From Tricharina praecox (lineage: Eukaryota): a stretch of DNA of 64,000 bases. A model generated the notes under the pieces. The model ran no database searches and had not been told where the DNA came from. It was given only the letters and a program-made list of their open reading frames with translations. The position numbers were made by a program, and so were the translations under genes. Each line of letters begins with the position of its first letter. The stretch's first letter is position 1. Where the stretch lies: contig NW_026250406.1 in the NCBI RefSeq assembly GCF_024521635.1, forward strand, positions 186,001 through 250,000, in the 5' to 3' direction. Shown here piece by piece: positions 12,545-23,796 of the stretch.

Positions 12545-14812
12545 ATGAAAGTCCACGCCGAGCTCCTCCACACACTCACCGCGGACGTTGCGGGCACCTC
12601 AGTGTTGCTACACTTCGACAGCATGCGCTACCTGATCGGACAATTCGGCGAGGGCGCGCAGCGGGCATTGATGGAGCGCCGGGTGCGGGTGAACAAGATA
12701 GGGCACGTATTTGTCTCCGGGAGGGGTACGTGGGACAGTAACGCGGGGCTGGCGGGGGTCGTGATGGCGATGGGTGAGGGTGGGGGAGAGGACGGCGCGG
12801 CGGAAAGGGCGAAGGGTGTGAGGGTTAGTGGTGGACGGAATTTGAGGTACACACTCGCGACAATGAGAAGGTTTGTCTTTCGCACCGGTATGAGGCTGCA
12901 GGTTAGGGAGGCGCGAAGGGGCGAGGAGGAGGAGGTATGGGCGGATGAGAATGTTACGGTTAGGACGCTGCATATCGCGCCTGACACGGCGGGGGTGGAG
13001 GAGCTGGAGGAGGACGGGGAGGGGAAGAGGATGTTCCTCAAGAAGGTGGTGGATGATATGTTTTGCTCCGATTGGAGTATGGACACCATGATCGACTCGG
13101 GGGACGTTGGGGCGGTGGGAGAGGCAGAGGCGCAGGCGGGAAGGAACCCGCAGCTATCCACGAAGCTCCCGCCGAAGGGCAAGACGCGAGCGCCATGGCC
13201 CGCCTCGACGGTCAAGACGCTGCCCGAGACGACACCGAATACAGTCGCGCTGAGCTATCTCGTGCGATTGCATGAACAGCGGGGGAAGTTCCTGCCTGCG
13301 CTTGCCAGGAAGCTGGGAGTGAAGCCGGGTCCGGATTTCAGCAAGCTCACCAGTGGGAAGAGTGTTACGACCGCGGAGGGGAAAGTGGTAAATCCCGAGG
13401 ATGTGATGGAGCCGTCAAGAGAAGGGACGGGGATCGCGGTGTGTGATGTTCCAGGCGCCGAGTATCTGGAGGGCTTTGTGGCGGATAAGGCGTGGGAGGA
13501 TGCGCAGTGGGTTGGGTGCTTCTTCTGGTTGGTCGAGGGCGGTGTCGTCGACGATCCAAGGTTTCTGCACTTCGTCGAGAGATTCCCGAAGGCGAGACAT
13601 ATCGTTTCGTCGAGGGATGTGTGTGCGGACCAGATCTACTTCAAGGCCGCGGCGAAGTCGGCGGTGCTGCTCAATTCCCTCGATCCTGAGATCTTCCCCG
13701 AGCCGAAGCTCGATTCCACGCCGAGACGGAGCATAGACACCACCCGCTTCACCATCGCCGCTCCCGGCATGCAATGGCAGATCGAGCCGAAATGGCAGCT
13801 CCGGGAAGACACAGTGGAACCACTGTTCAGTCGGCAAGAGATCGTCGACTCGGAAAGCTACAGGGCACTCTCGATGGTCGCGCAAGAGTACCGACGACTT
13901 CTCCCCTCGATCGCACCACTAGACATTCCCGGCAGCTCGTTCGAGATCTTCCCACTGGGAACCGGCTCGTCGACTCCGTCGCGGCACCGCAATGTCTCGG
14001 CCACGCTCGTCCACACGCCACCTCACGGGTACATGCTCCTCGACTGCGGCGAAGGAACGCTCGGGCAGCTGCGCCGGCTCTTCGGCGCTTCCTTCACCAC
14101 TGTCCTCAAGTCCATCAACCTGCTGTACATATCCCACCTGCACGCAGACCACCACCTGGGCGCCACCACGCTCCTCCGCGCAAAGCACCTGCTGATGGAG
14201 CCGGGCGAGACCTTCTCGATCGTCGCACCGGCGATCTTCCAGACCTGGCTGGAGGAGTACTCCCTCGCCGAGCCGGGCATGGCCACCATCCTCAGCCGTG
14301 TATCCTTCACCTCGTGTGAATCGCTCCTCGCCGGCTCCGAAGGCTCCGCACCAACACTCCCGCACGTCACCATCACCACCTCCCCCGCGCACCATTGCCT
14401 CTCCTCCTTCACGGCGACATTCACCATCCCGCTCCCCCCCTCACCACCGTTTATACTCTCCTACTCGGGCGACACGCGGCCGACCGCCGCATTCGCGGCA
14501 ATGGGACAGGGCTCGACGGTACTGGTGCACGAGGCCACGTTCGGCGACGACATGGCGGCGCAGGCGCGCGCAAAGAAACATTCTACTGTTGGGGAGGCGC
14601 TCGGGGTTGCAGCGGAGATGGGGGCGAAGGTGGCCGTGTTGTCGCATTTTAGTCAGAGGTATCCCAAGTTGCTTGGGGGGAGTGAAGGCAAGGGCGGAGG
14701 AATCACGGTGACGGCGTTTGATTGTTCGAGGATACGCATGGGGGAGGCGGGTAGGTGGACGGTGCTGAGGAGGGGGTTGGGGGTGCTTTATAGTGAGGAG
14801 GAGGAGGCGTAG
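12545..14812 (+). CDS. TRZ1: tRNase Z (long form), intronless
   Basis: 755-aa ORF; RYLIGQFGEGAQR, GKF...A.KLGV.PGP exosite, LGTGSSTPSRHRNVS, LDCGEGT, HLHADHH, YSGDTRP, HEATF, KKHST, HFSQRYPK. Confidence 0.95.
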   Translation: MKVHAELLHTLTADVAGTSVLLHFDSMRYLIGQFGEGAQRALMERRVRVNKIGHVFVSGRGTWDSNAGLAGVVMAMGEGGGEDGAAERAKGVRVSGGRNLRYTLATMRRFVFRTGMRLQVREARRGEEEEVWADENVTVRTLHIAPDTAGVEELEEDGEGKRMFLKKVVDDMFCSDWSMDTMIDSGDVGAVGEAEAQAGRNPQLSTKLPPKGKTRAPWPASTVKTLPETTPNTVALSYLVRLHEQRGKFLPALARKLGVKPGPDFSKLTSGKSVTTAEGKVVNPEDVMEPSREGTGIAVCDVPGAEYLEGFVADKAWEDAQWVGCFFWLVEGGVVDDPRFLHFVERFPKARHIVSSRDVCADQIYFKAAAKSAVLLNSLDPEIFPEPKLDSTPRRSIDTTRFTIAAPGMQWQIEPKWQLREDTVEPLFSRQEIVDSESYRALSMVAQEYRRLLPSIAPLDIPGSSFEIFPLGTGSSTPSRHRNVSATLVHTPPHGYMLLDCGEGTLGQLRRLFGASFTTVLKSINLLYISHLHADHHLGATTLLRAKHLLMEPGETFSIVAPAIFQTWLEEYSLAEPGMATILSRVSFTSCESLLAGSEGSAPTLPHVTITTSPAHHCLSSFTATFTIPLPPSPPFILSYSGDTRPTAAFAAMGQGSTVLVHEATFGDDMAAQARAKKHSTVGEALGVAAEMGAKVAVLSHFSQRYPKLLGGSEGKGGGITVTAFDCSRIRMGEAGRWTVLRRGLGVLYSEEEEA

Positions 14813-14917
14813 GGAAGTGCAAGTACATAGTGTAGAGAGATGGAAAGCTGCGAGCACTGGGGGGATGAAATGCAAATGGCAAATGTTCCCGCCCATCTTG
14901 TAGCTAAGATTCTGCTG

Positions 14918-15252
14918 GTTGTATGTACTCGTGCTTGCGTAAGTATGCTCAAAGGGCCATTCTCATCCGTGTAGATCTCGGGGAGGGGTAGGGAGAGTGG
15001 GAGGGAGAGGGAGGGGAAATTTACAACTCTACTTGACGGGCTCCAAGTGCAGATACCTATCACTCGCGATGTAGCGGCGAACCACCGACGACCGAGTTCT
15101 ATACACTGGACTCCGGAGAGACAGCATCGACAGCATCGATAGTATCGACAGCATCGGTGTTGACGTCACCACGGATATGTAGAGGTAGAGTACCACGGGA
15201 GAGCGCACGAACCGGCGGGGGGGGGATCAAGTCCGAACTCTAGCTATACTCT

Positions 15253-15292
<40 letters not shown>

Positions 15293-15552
15293 TTCTCCTG
15301 GTTGTATGTACTGTGTATGCTCGAAGGGCCATTCTTATCTGTGCAGATCACGGGGAGGAGAAGGCATAGGGGGGAGTGGGGGAGGGGGGAGGGGGGAGTG
15401 AGCGGGGGAGGGCGGAGTGGGAGGGGGAATCTACAACTCTTCTCGACGGGTTCCAAGTGTAGGTACCTATCACTCGTGATGTAGCTACAGCGGCGAACCA
15501 CCGACGACCGAGTTCCATAACTACATTGGAGCAACAGCTTCGACAGCATCCA
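14918..15552. repeat. Diverged direct duplication of approx. 220-250 bp (14918-15138 and 15300-15552)
   Basis: Shared blocks gttgtatgtact, tatgctc.aagggccattct, tacaactct, ccaagtg.ag.tacctatcactcg.gatgtagc, gcggcgaaccaccgacgaccgagttc, cgacagcatc. Confidence 0.85.
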
Positions 15553-16218
15553 GGCACGTGGGACCGTGGGGCCGTGGGGTGGATAAACAAACAAGCAAAC
15601 AAGCAAGAAGCAAGCAATCAGTCACTCAATCGATCTTGGCACATGTGATTTGCTGTCACTGGGTGCAGAACGGATTGACGGATTGACCGAATGTGATAGG
15701 CGAGCTTGGTTGAGCTGAGCTGGGTTTGGGTGGGTTGGGTTCCTGCGCAGTGCCTGCGTCTGGACTCTGGACCTGGACTCTGGGAGGTGGTGTGGTGGTA
15801 CTGCGTCGATGGGATTTTCGGTTTCTTTTTTTTTTTTTTTTTTTTTTTTTTTTGAGTTTTTGAGTTTTTGATGGATGGACGGACTGGGCATGGGGATGGA
15901 TATGGTTGTGGTTGTTGGATTCGAAAAGGGTATTTCGATGGATTATGTATGCATGTCCCTCGAGGGAATAGGCACTCGAGGCTGTGATGGCGGTGATGGC
16001 TTGATGGCTGTGATGGATGGGCTGGATGGGCTGGGTTCCGGTCTGGGTTCGTTGGGACAGCCAATGGGAGACTCGGACGGGCTGCTCGTATGGGACGATG
16101 TTGTTGGGCAGTTGCTTGGATACTTGGACATGCCGCTGCTGCTGCTGCTGCTGCTGCTGCTGATGCTGCTGCTGATGCTGCTGCTGCTGCTGATGAGATG
16201 GCAGGTAAGGCAGGCGGG

Positions 16219-16250
<32 letters not shown>

Positions 16251-16262
16251 CAAAGGCAGGCA
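15254..16262. repeat. Microsatellite cluster: (CAG)n, poly-T, (GCT)n, (GCAG)n
   Basis: Directly visible simple repeats at approx. 15254, 15826, 16136 and 16208. Confidence 0.9.
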
Positions 16263-17642
16263 AGCATGGTGCAGACGACCAACTCTCTCCCTCCCTTCAC
16301 ACGTATGCTTCTCGCCTCTCTCCTCTGCTATGTACTCTACTCGACATAGCTGTCCGCTGTCCCTACCTGCGCTGCCTCCACCTGCTCAACCTGCTCCACT
16401 TACTTAGCTCAACCTCCCCTTCCCCCCGCATCGAGCGCTCGCAGCATTGGCAAGTGCTTCTGTGTCATCTGAGCGGGGCCTGCTTCGTCGGCCTTTGCCT
16501 CTGCCCTGTCTGCTCTGCCCTGCTCTGCCGTGATTGTCCTCGTCGTGGTGTGGACGGGAACAATAAACTCGATAAAATAGACAAATACATAAAATAAAGA
16601 ATGCGATATGTGTCGTCGTTCACTCCCCCCAGCACTGCGTGCGCAACGGCTCGCCTGCGGTCTTGGCGTGGTTCCGTGAACTTTGCTTTGCTGCCCACTG
16701 CTTCGCCCCTAACTAAGAAGTAACCATCAAGTTCCCGCATCTGTCCCTCTCCCTCTCGACCCTTTCTCCCTCTCCCTCTTCCTCTCTCCCTCTCGCATTC
16801 ACCTCCTCGTCAATCCCAATAAAGAACAATCTCGTCAAGACAAGCCAACCTCGAGTCTGCTATTCTTTCCAAACGAACCATCCCTCGCACTCTCCCTCTC
16901 CCTCCCCTCCACCACCCACCCCCCACTACCGCTACCACTACTACAAATCCGCTACTTCAACTCCACCCCTCCTCCTCCTCCTCCTCCTGCTACTGCTCAT
17001 CCTCCTCCTCCTGCTTTATCATCACCAGCTCCATACATCGTTTCTTCGTCCCTGACGAAACATCCGTTCCCAGCCTCATTGACACTAAAATCCCTCCCGT
17101 TCTATCAACGTCACTTTTCTGACTCCCCCAACCCTCGTCTTCGTTCAGCACCTTTCTATTGTCTTCCCTCTCCGTCTAGTTCTACGCGAGACGGCCTTTA
17201 GCGAATAGAAAAAAAAGAAGAGGAACCGTAGAAAGAATATCTCTTTCTCTTACAGGCAGAACTCCACTACCAGGACATTCAACTACCAAGTAAGAACCCC
17301 CCCTTCCTCGCTCGCTCCCTTCCTTCCTCATTCTTCCTCCCTTCCTCACTTACATCCTCCTCCACCTCATTCCACTTCCTCCTCCCTCCTCCCTTACTTT
17401 CCCTTCCCACTTCCCTTCCCAACAACGCACACCCAACCACAACTCCATCCATAAAGCTTCTTGCTCTACTTCCCTTTCTTTGTTCTCAGAGCTATCCCTC
17501 CAAACAACCACTACCGCTCCCGCTTTGTTTGTTCGAAGCTCCATCATCCCATAAATCACAGACATCCAACCCGAAGCAGCAGCACTCGGCAACAAAGACA
17601 TCATTGCTAACCTCCTCGACCATTAAAGACATCAAGTTCATT

Positions 17643-19071
17643 ATGTCCGCAAACGCCGCCGATACCGTTGTTGCTGCCGTCGAGAACACGGCCGAGAAAG
17701 CCAAGGAGGTCGCCTCTGCCACCGTGGAGACCATCACCGAAGCTGTCAAGAACACTTCCATCGCTCCCAAGACCACCGAGCCTAAGCCCGATACTTCCGA
17801 GGCCGATGCCGCCCACGCTGCGTCTGCTGCCGAGGGCAGGAGACTCTACATTGGAAATCTGGCCTACTCGACTACCGACGAGCAGTTGAAGGAGTTTTTC
17901 GAGGGATTCTCTATGTAAGTTGGCATGGTGCTACTCCTGCTGTTACCGGTGTATCTGACATGTTCCCGTGCTGCAGTGAGTCGACCTCGATCCCCACCAA
18001 CCCCCGTACCGGTCGTGCCGTCGGTTACGCCTTTGTCGACCTCACCACCAAGGAGGAGGCCGACCGTGCCATTGAGCAGCTCAGCGGTAACGAGGTTCAG
18101 GAGAGGAAGGTTAGCGTTCAGCTTGCCCGCAAGCCCGGAGCTGCCAGCACCGGGACGAAGAAGCAGCACAAGCAGCAGGAACAGCAGGAGCCTCGCGAGG
18201 AGGGTGCTGTTGCCAACGAGGAGGGTGGCGAGGGCAAGAGGGGCCGTGGTGGCGTTAGGGGACGCGGCCGGGGACGGGGTGGACGTGCTAAGGTATGCGA
18301 TGGAATTCCCGCCACCATGGTTGTCGGAAACGTGTCATGATCGGTGATGCTGACTCATGATTCCAGCGTGGTACCCGTGGAGAGGCTGGATCCGGCGACG
18401 AGACCGCCGCCGACGGTTCCAACAAAATCCAGCCGTTGGTCGAATCCACCAACGTCAAGACCGTCGATGCCTCGGGCGAGGAGGCTCACCAGGATGGCAA
18501 TGCCGCGTCGGCTTTCAAGGGCAAGAAGAAGCGTGGCCCCCCCGAGAATGGCATTCCCAGCTCGACCAAGATCATGGTCGCCAACCTTCCCTACGAGCTG
18601 AGCGAGGATCAGGTGAGATTGAGATGTCTGTTTCGGGTTTGAGCACGTTCTGACATCCGCACAGCTCAAGGAACTCTTCAAGGACTACCAGCCCGAGTCC
18701 GCCAAGATTGCCCTTCGTCCTATCCCCCGCTACATGGTTCGCAAGCTGCAGCAGCGCGGCGAGCCTCGCAAGGGTCGCGGCTTCGGGTTTGTTACCCTTG
18801 CTTCTGAGGACATGCAGAAGAAGGCCGTTGAGGAGATGAACGGCAAGGTCATCGAGGGTCGTGAGATCGCCGTCAAGGTGGCGATTGATGTGAGTACCTC
18901 TCCACTGCCATCTCGGAAGCTGAGCTGACATGTCCATAGTCCCAGGTTAGCGATTCCGAGGACAAGGAGAACACCACCGAGGAAAAGACTGAGGACAAGA
19001 AAGAGGAGAATGAAGTTAAGCCTGCTGCCGTTGCCGTCGCTGCGGCTGTTCCTGAGCCCGTCGTGGTTTAA
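17643..19071 (+). CDS. Two-RRM nucleic-acid-binding protein with RGG-rich linker (Tcg1/RNP-domain-like), 5 coding exons
   Basis: RRM1 RRLYIGNLAY...GYAFVD; RGRGG linker; RRM2 KIMVANLPY...KGRGFGFVT; four GT-AG introns join in frame to TAA at 19069-19071. Confidence 0.85.
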
Positions 19072-19504
19072 GGACGTCGACACCGGTTGTTCGACGAGAC
19101 TTTGAACGACTTGGATTGACTACAGTCATCCAAACGATACGATTGTAACGATGAAAATAGATGGGACTTGGTAATTGTGTTTTCTTTTTTTCCGTTTCTT
19201 TTTTTTTTCTTCTGGGAATATCCGAACGAGGCAGTTCTTGATGTGGGGGGAGGGAAACACGACCAGCAACTGATCAAGTCATGTAATGTGCTTTGCTTCT
19301 TTTGCTTACGTTTGTCTTTGGTGCATCATGGTGGGGGATTGCCTGTTCTTGAGCTTTCTGGGAGGTCTCTGTTTTCTTCTTCATTCTTGTAACATGTGCA
19401 GAGGTTGCTTAGGGGGTATAGCTATGAGATTTAATTGTCTGCAAGCAGGGGGTGTTGGGGGTTGTGCATAGCATAGAAATGAAGGAACACGAATGACAAG
19501 AACC

Positions 19505-19710
19505 AGTCATTGCAATTGCTCTCGTTCTCACTCATTCCCCAGTTATTGCAACTTGCTCTCGTTCTTTATGCCTTCGATGTGATTACAACTCCCGTTCTCC
19601 TTTATTGCCCAGTCATTACAACTTGCTCTTGTTCTTCATGCCTTCGATGTGATTACAACCTCTCGTTCTCCTTCATTACAACTTGCTCTCGTTCTCCTTC
19701 TTCATGCCTT
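19505..19710 (-). repeat. Degenerate tandem copies of the SPS19 C-terminal PTS1/stop segment
   Basis: About 7 copies (including the coding one) of a unit like GAGAACGAGAGCAAGTTGTAAT on the minus strand. Confidence 0.85.
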
Positions 19711-20593
19711 TAACCCCCTCCACCACGGCGCCCTCCAACACCATCTCCGGATACTGCCCAGTACTCCCCTGCCTATGCCACGCCCCACCATCCACGACCA
19801 ACACAGCGCCATTAACAAAGCTGCCGGCCTCACTACACAAGAAAACCGTTGCATCGGCGATCTCGTGGGGCTCACCATACCTCTGCAGGGGCACGCTCCT
19901 TCTTGCCTTCTCCAATTCCCTTTGTGGCAGCAGCCTGCCCATCCCCTCGGTACCCGCTATGGGCCCAGGGGCGATGACGTTACTCGTCACCCCGCGTGGT
20001 CCCATTTCCACAGCGAGCGCGGCACTCAACGCGTCCACCCCCGCCTTTGCCGCAGAAACGTGCGCCTGCCACGGCGTGCCCGTGTAGTGCAGCGTGGCGC
20101 TGACGAATATGAAACGCCCTCCCCCTGCGCGTAGGATGTGTGGAGCGCACGCTTTCATACCGTTGTAGCTGCCTAGAAGGTCGATGTCCACTACGGACTT
20201 GAACGCGTTCGGGCTGAGCGCGCTGATGGGTGCCAGAAAGTTGCCGGCCGCGCCGAGGATGCAGATGTCGATGCTGCCTAACTGGGCCGCGCAGGTGTCT
20301 GCTGCTGTGCAAAGGGAGGCGGCGTCCCGGACGTCGGTGGTGAGGGGGAGGACGACAGCTCCAGGGCGCAGGGCGCGAAGGCGGGTGGCAGTGGCGGAGA
20401 GCCGGGTGGCGTCGCGGCCGACGATGCAGGCGTTTGCGCCGAGAGAGATGAGTGCGCCGACTTGGACGGAGCAGATGCTACCCGAGCCGCCCGTGCAGAA
20501 GACGACGCGACCTGAGAATTGGTTGGGCGTCCAGACGGGGGAGAGGTACTTCATCGGTGGTGCGGGCGGCGAGGGGGGTGAGGGGGTCGTCAT
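19676..20593 (-). CDS. SPS19: Peroxisomal 2,4-dienoyl-CoA reductase (SDR)
   Basis: TGGSGSIC, GAAGNFLAP..LSPNAFKSVVDIDLLGSYN, VSATLHYTG..QAHVSAAKAG, IAPGPIAGTEG; C-terminal SKL. Confidence 0.93.
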   Translation of the reverse strand: MTTPSPPSPPAPPMKYLSPVWTPNQFSGRVVFCTGGSGSICSVQVGALISLGANACIVGRDATRLSATATRLRALRPGAVVLPLTTDVRDAASLCTAADTCAAQLGSIDICILGAAGNFLAPISALSPNAFKSVVDIDLLGSYNGMKACAPHILRAGGGRFIFVSATLHYTGTPWQAHVSAAKAGVDALSAALAVEMGPRGVTSNVIAPGPIAGTEGMGRLLPQRELEKARRSVPLQRYGEPHEIADATVFLCSEAGSFVNGAVLVVDGGAWHRQGSTGQYPEMVLEGAVVEGVKGMKKENESKL

Positions 20594-20731
20594 TTTGCGT
20601 TGTTGTGGAGGGGGTGTGAAGGGGCGGTGGTGGTGCTGGTGGTGAGGGCGGGAGGACGTGAGGTTACATATGGGGTTGGTATTGGGGCTGATATTCGGGA
20701 GTGGACTCGTGACGAGCGGTGGTTACGCGGG

Positions 20732-20749
20732 CCGAGGTCGAGGCCGAGG
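20732..20749. promoter_or_regulatory. Two CCGAGG (CCTCGG) FarA/Ctf1-type fatty-acid induction sites
   Basis: ccgagg at 20732-20737 and 20744-20749, about 140 bp upstream of a peroxisomal beta-oxidation gene. Confidence 0.55.
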
Positions 20750-20819
20750 TGACATGGGACAGCTGATTACTGTCATACTCATCTGTGGTTGTGTGGAGAA
20801 GCGAGCGAACTCGGTACCG

Positions 20820-20821
20820 AT

Positions 20822-20896
<75 letters not shown>
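20820..20896. repeat. (GTCGGT)n hexanucleotide microsatellite
   Basis: Directly visible, about 12 units. Confidence 0.95.
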
Positions 20897-20897
<1 letters not shown>

Positions 20898-21283
20898 TGT
20901 CGTGTCGTGTGTGCGTCAAAGTGAATGAGAAGAGAGAAGTGCAAAGCAAGCGAGAGAGAGAGCGAGAGGGACGGAGCGGATTAATATCTCTCTCAAGTCT
21001 CCATTCGCGCCAAATCGGATTGGGATTGCGATTGGGATTGCGATTGGGATTGCGATTGGGATTCGGAGCGCGACTCGGAGCGGGGCGGGGAAAGACGGGC
21101 TTGTCCTCAATCTACATAGCACCGGTGGTATTCTACAAAGGTGGGGTGTGTCGTCACACCACCGACTTTTCCCTTCACAACTCAACCTGCACTCACGCCT
21201 CTCACGCCGCCCTTCACGCCGCCTTTCACGCCGCTTCCCACGCCACAACCACCACCACTACGAGTGACGAAACAACGGCAGCA

Positions 21284-21853
21284 ATGAACCGCCTCCTCAC
21301 GACCCTAAAGCTAACGGGCACCTTCGCGCTCGGCGTGCTAACCGGCGTGCACTTTAATTTCTCGCTGCAAACGCTGCGGACGCTTCTCGCGCTCAACTCT
21401 GCCTGTTTGTCCCCCTCCCCCATTGCCCTTCCCCTTGATCTGTATTGACAGAGAATAGCACAAGCCCGCCGCGCATTCACAATATCCCTGGGCCTCCTGC
21501 GGTCGACGGTGCGGCCGCTGGAGCTCATCGCGGCAGCGTCGCTACTGACCGCGTGGCTGCTCTCGCCGCGCGGGGGGAAGCATCCGTACCTCCTACTGGC
21601 GACGCTGCCGGTTGCCGCTGCGGTGGGCGTTGAGAGGTTGAAGCTGGTCGGGGTGGAGTATGGAGTTCAGACACTTGGTGAGGGGGAGGTGAAAGAAGGG
21701 GAGAGGGATGGGGTAAAGGGAGAGGCGGAGGTTAATGGTGAGGCCGTGCAGGGCGGCATGGAGGCGTGGAAGCAGTGGGGGTTGGTTAGGGGCGGGATTG
21801 TCGGTGTGGGCTTTGGGATCGCGTTGGTGGGGGTTTATGGGGATTTTATGTAG
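21284..21853 (+). CDS. ATG33: Atg33-like mitochondrial outer-membrane protein, 2 exons
   Basis: LKLTGTFALGVLTG...LLAL, AWLLSPRGGKHPYLL, EVNGEAV, RGGIVGVGFGIALVGVYGD; intron approx. 21406-21458 restores the frame. Confidence 0.7.
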
Positions 21854-22143
21854 TACGGAGGGCGGAATTGCTGGCGGAGAGGATTGACGGTGATGAGCGA
21901 GGCTGTGGTGCTCAGGCTTCTACTCTACTCTACTGCTTGCTCCCCCACCGTGCTCATTGTCTCCCGCACGTAGAAAATCAATGGGCGGTCGTTGCCCGTC
22001 GTTGCACGTCGTTACTACCCGGGAGTGTGCATTCCGGGTATCTCCCACTCACTCACTCGCACAGCACATCACTCGACCCAAATAAACCAAAAAAAATCCA
22101 TTTTAAACGCCCCGCCCCACCAGCCATTACCTGCCGCATATCC

Positions 22144-23518
22144 CTACGACTTCTGCAACTTCCTCCTCGCGGCCTTATCCACCAGCTTCCTCTTACGCTT
22201 CCCGTTCTCATTCCTCCCCTCATCGATATCCATCTTCGCGATTCTCTTCTTCTCCGACACGAGCTGCAGCGTCTCCCTGACGACCCTGCCCTCAAGACTG
22301 ACCCCGGGCTCGTCCTCGTACTTATCCAGCTTTCTGCCCGTTCGCGCCTCTATCGACTCGACGAGCGTCACGTCGCGCTCGCTCACGAACGTTATCGCCT
22401 CGCCGCCCTTGCCCGCACGCGCGGTTCGTCCCACGCGGTGGATATAGTCGTCGGGGTCCCGCGGGACGTCGAAGTTCACGACTAGCTCGACGGTCGGGAT
22501 GTCCAGTCCTCTGGAGGCGACGTCGGTAGCCACCAGGATACGTGCGGCGGATGCCCGGAAACGGCCCAGGTTGTCGGTGCGCTCGGATTGCGGGAGGTGG
22601 CTGTGGAGTGCTGTCACCCGGTGGTCGAGGAGGCGGAGGATGTGCGTCAGCGTTACCGCCGTCGTGCCGCGGTTGACGAAGATTATGGTGGATTTTTCGA
22701 GGTTCAGGGGCGTGGATAGGAGGGTGTGCAGATATGCTTCCCGTGTGTAGCTGGCGAGCAACAGGTACCGCTGCGAGAGCGTGGGGGGGATGGCGACTCT
22801 GCTCAGCTGGTTAACCGTGGGAAACCGGGGGAGAGGGGGGCACAACAACGTACTTATCCGTATCGACCTCGCAGACAAACACCTCCCTCCGTCCCTCCGC
22901 CGCCTTCTCCAGCTCCTTCAGCTGCCTAACCTCCTCCGTCATCGTCGCCGTAAACAATGCCGTCTGCCTCCCCTGCTTCCCTGCCTTGGGTAGGATCTCA
23001 AGACACTCGCCCAGATCCTCCGCAAAAGTCTCATCGAGCAGCCTATCGGCCTCATCCAGCACGAGCATTTTCACCCTCCTAAGCCCGCCGACAGTATCCT
23101 CGCCACTGGAGCGCACATGATCGGCGAGGCGCCCCGGCGTTGCAACGACTATATGCGGGCGCGTTGCGAGCTGCAGCGCCTGCGTGCGCATGTCCACGCC
23201 GCCGATGAGGAGGCACACCTTGATACCCTGGGATGCGCCGAGCGCCCGGAACTGCTCGGTGATTTGCAAAGCCAACTCGCGCGTCGGCGTCAGGATCACC
23301 GCGAAGATCCCGATTGGGTCGCGTGCCCATGTTTGCAGGATCGGAACGGCGAAGGCCGCCGTCTTGCCGGAGCCGGTGCGCGAGCCGCCGATGCAGTCTT
23401 GTCCTGACAGGAGAGGCCCGATGCACGCTGCTTGGATGGGTGTCGGCCGCCGGATCGAGAGCGCGGAGAGTGAGTCCACGAGCCATTTGTCGACGCCGAG
23501 GGAGGCGAAGTCGGGCAT
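22144..23518 (-). CDS. DBP8: ATP-dependent DEAD-box RNA helicase Dbp8, 2 exons
   Basis: Q motif, [52 protein letters not shown]; the Dbp8/DDX49-type N-terminus is recognisable. Confidence 0.9.
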
Positions 23519-23796
23519 TGTGGTGGTGGTGGGGTGCGGTGGTGGGGCGGGTCCGGGCTGCGCGCGTCGTCTGTGGTTGACTCTTGACTCTGGAGGTGAG
23601 GTACGGTTGATAATTTTTAGACTTGACTTGACTTTGCTAGTGGCGCTATCATATGGTGCTTATCCTTATCCGCATTGATAATCACTCTCCTCGCTGTACC
23701 TTTACATGTGCTTTCGCTCGCAAAAAAAAAACATCAAAGCATCAATATAGCATAGAAGACATAAACGAGTAAACAGAGCTGCTCTACAACCCCCAT

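Noticed and set aside
15618..16597. Several 200+ aa ORFs with poly-Q/A/L/K
   Set aside because: Products of microsatellites and a poly-T run; no domain or coding signal.
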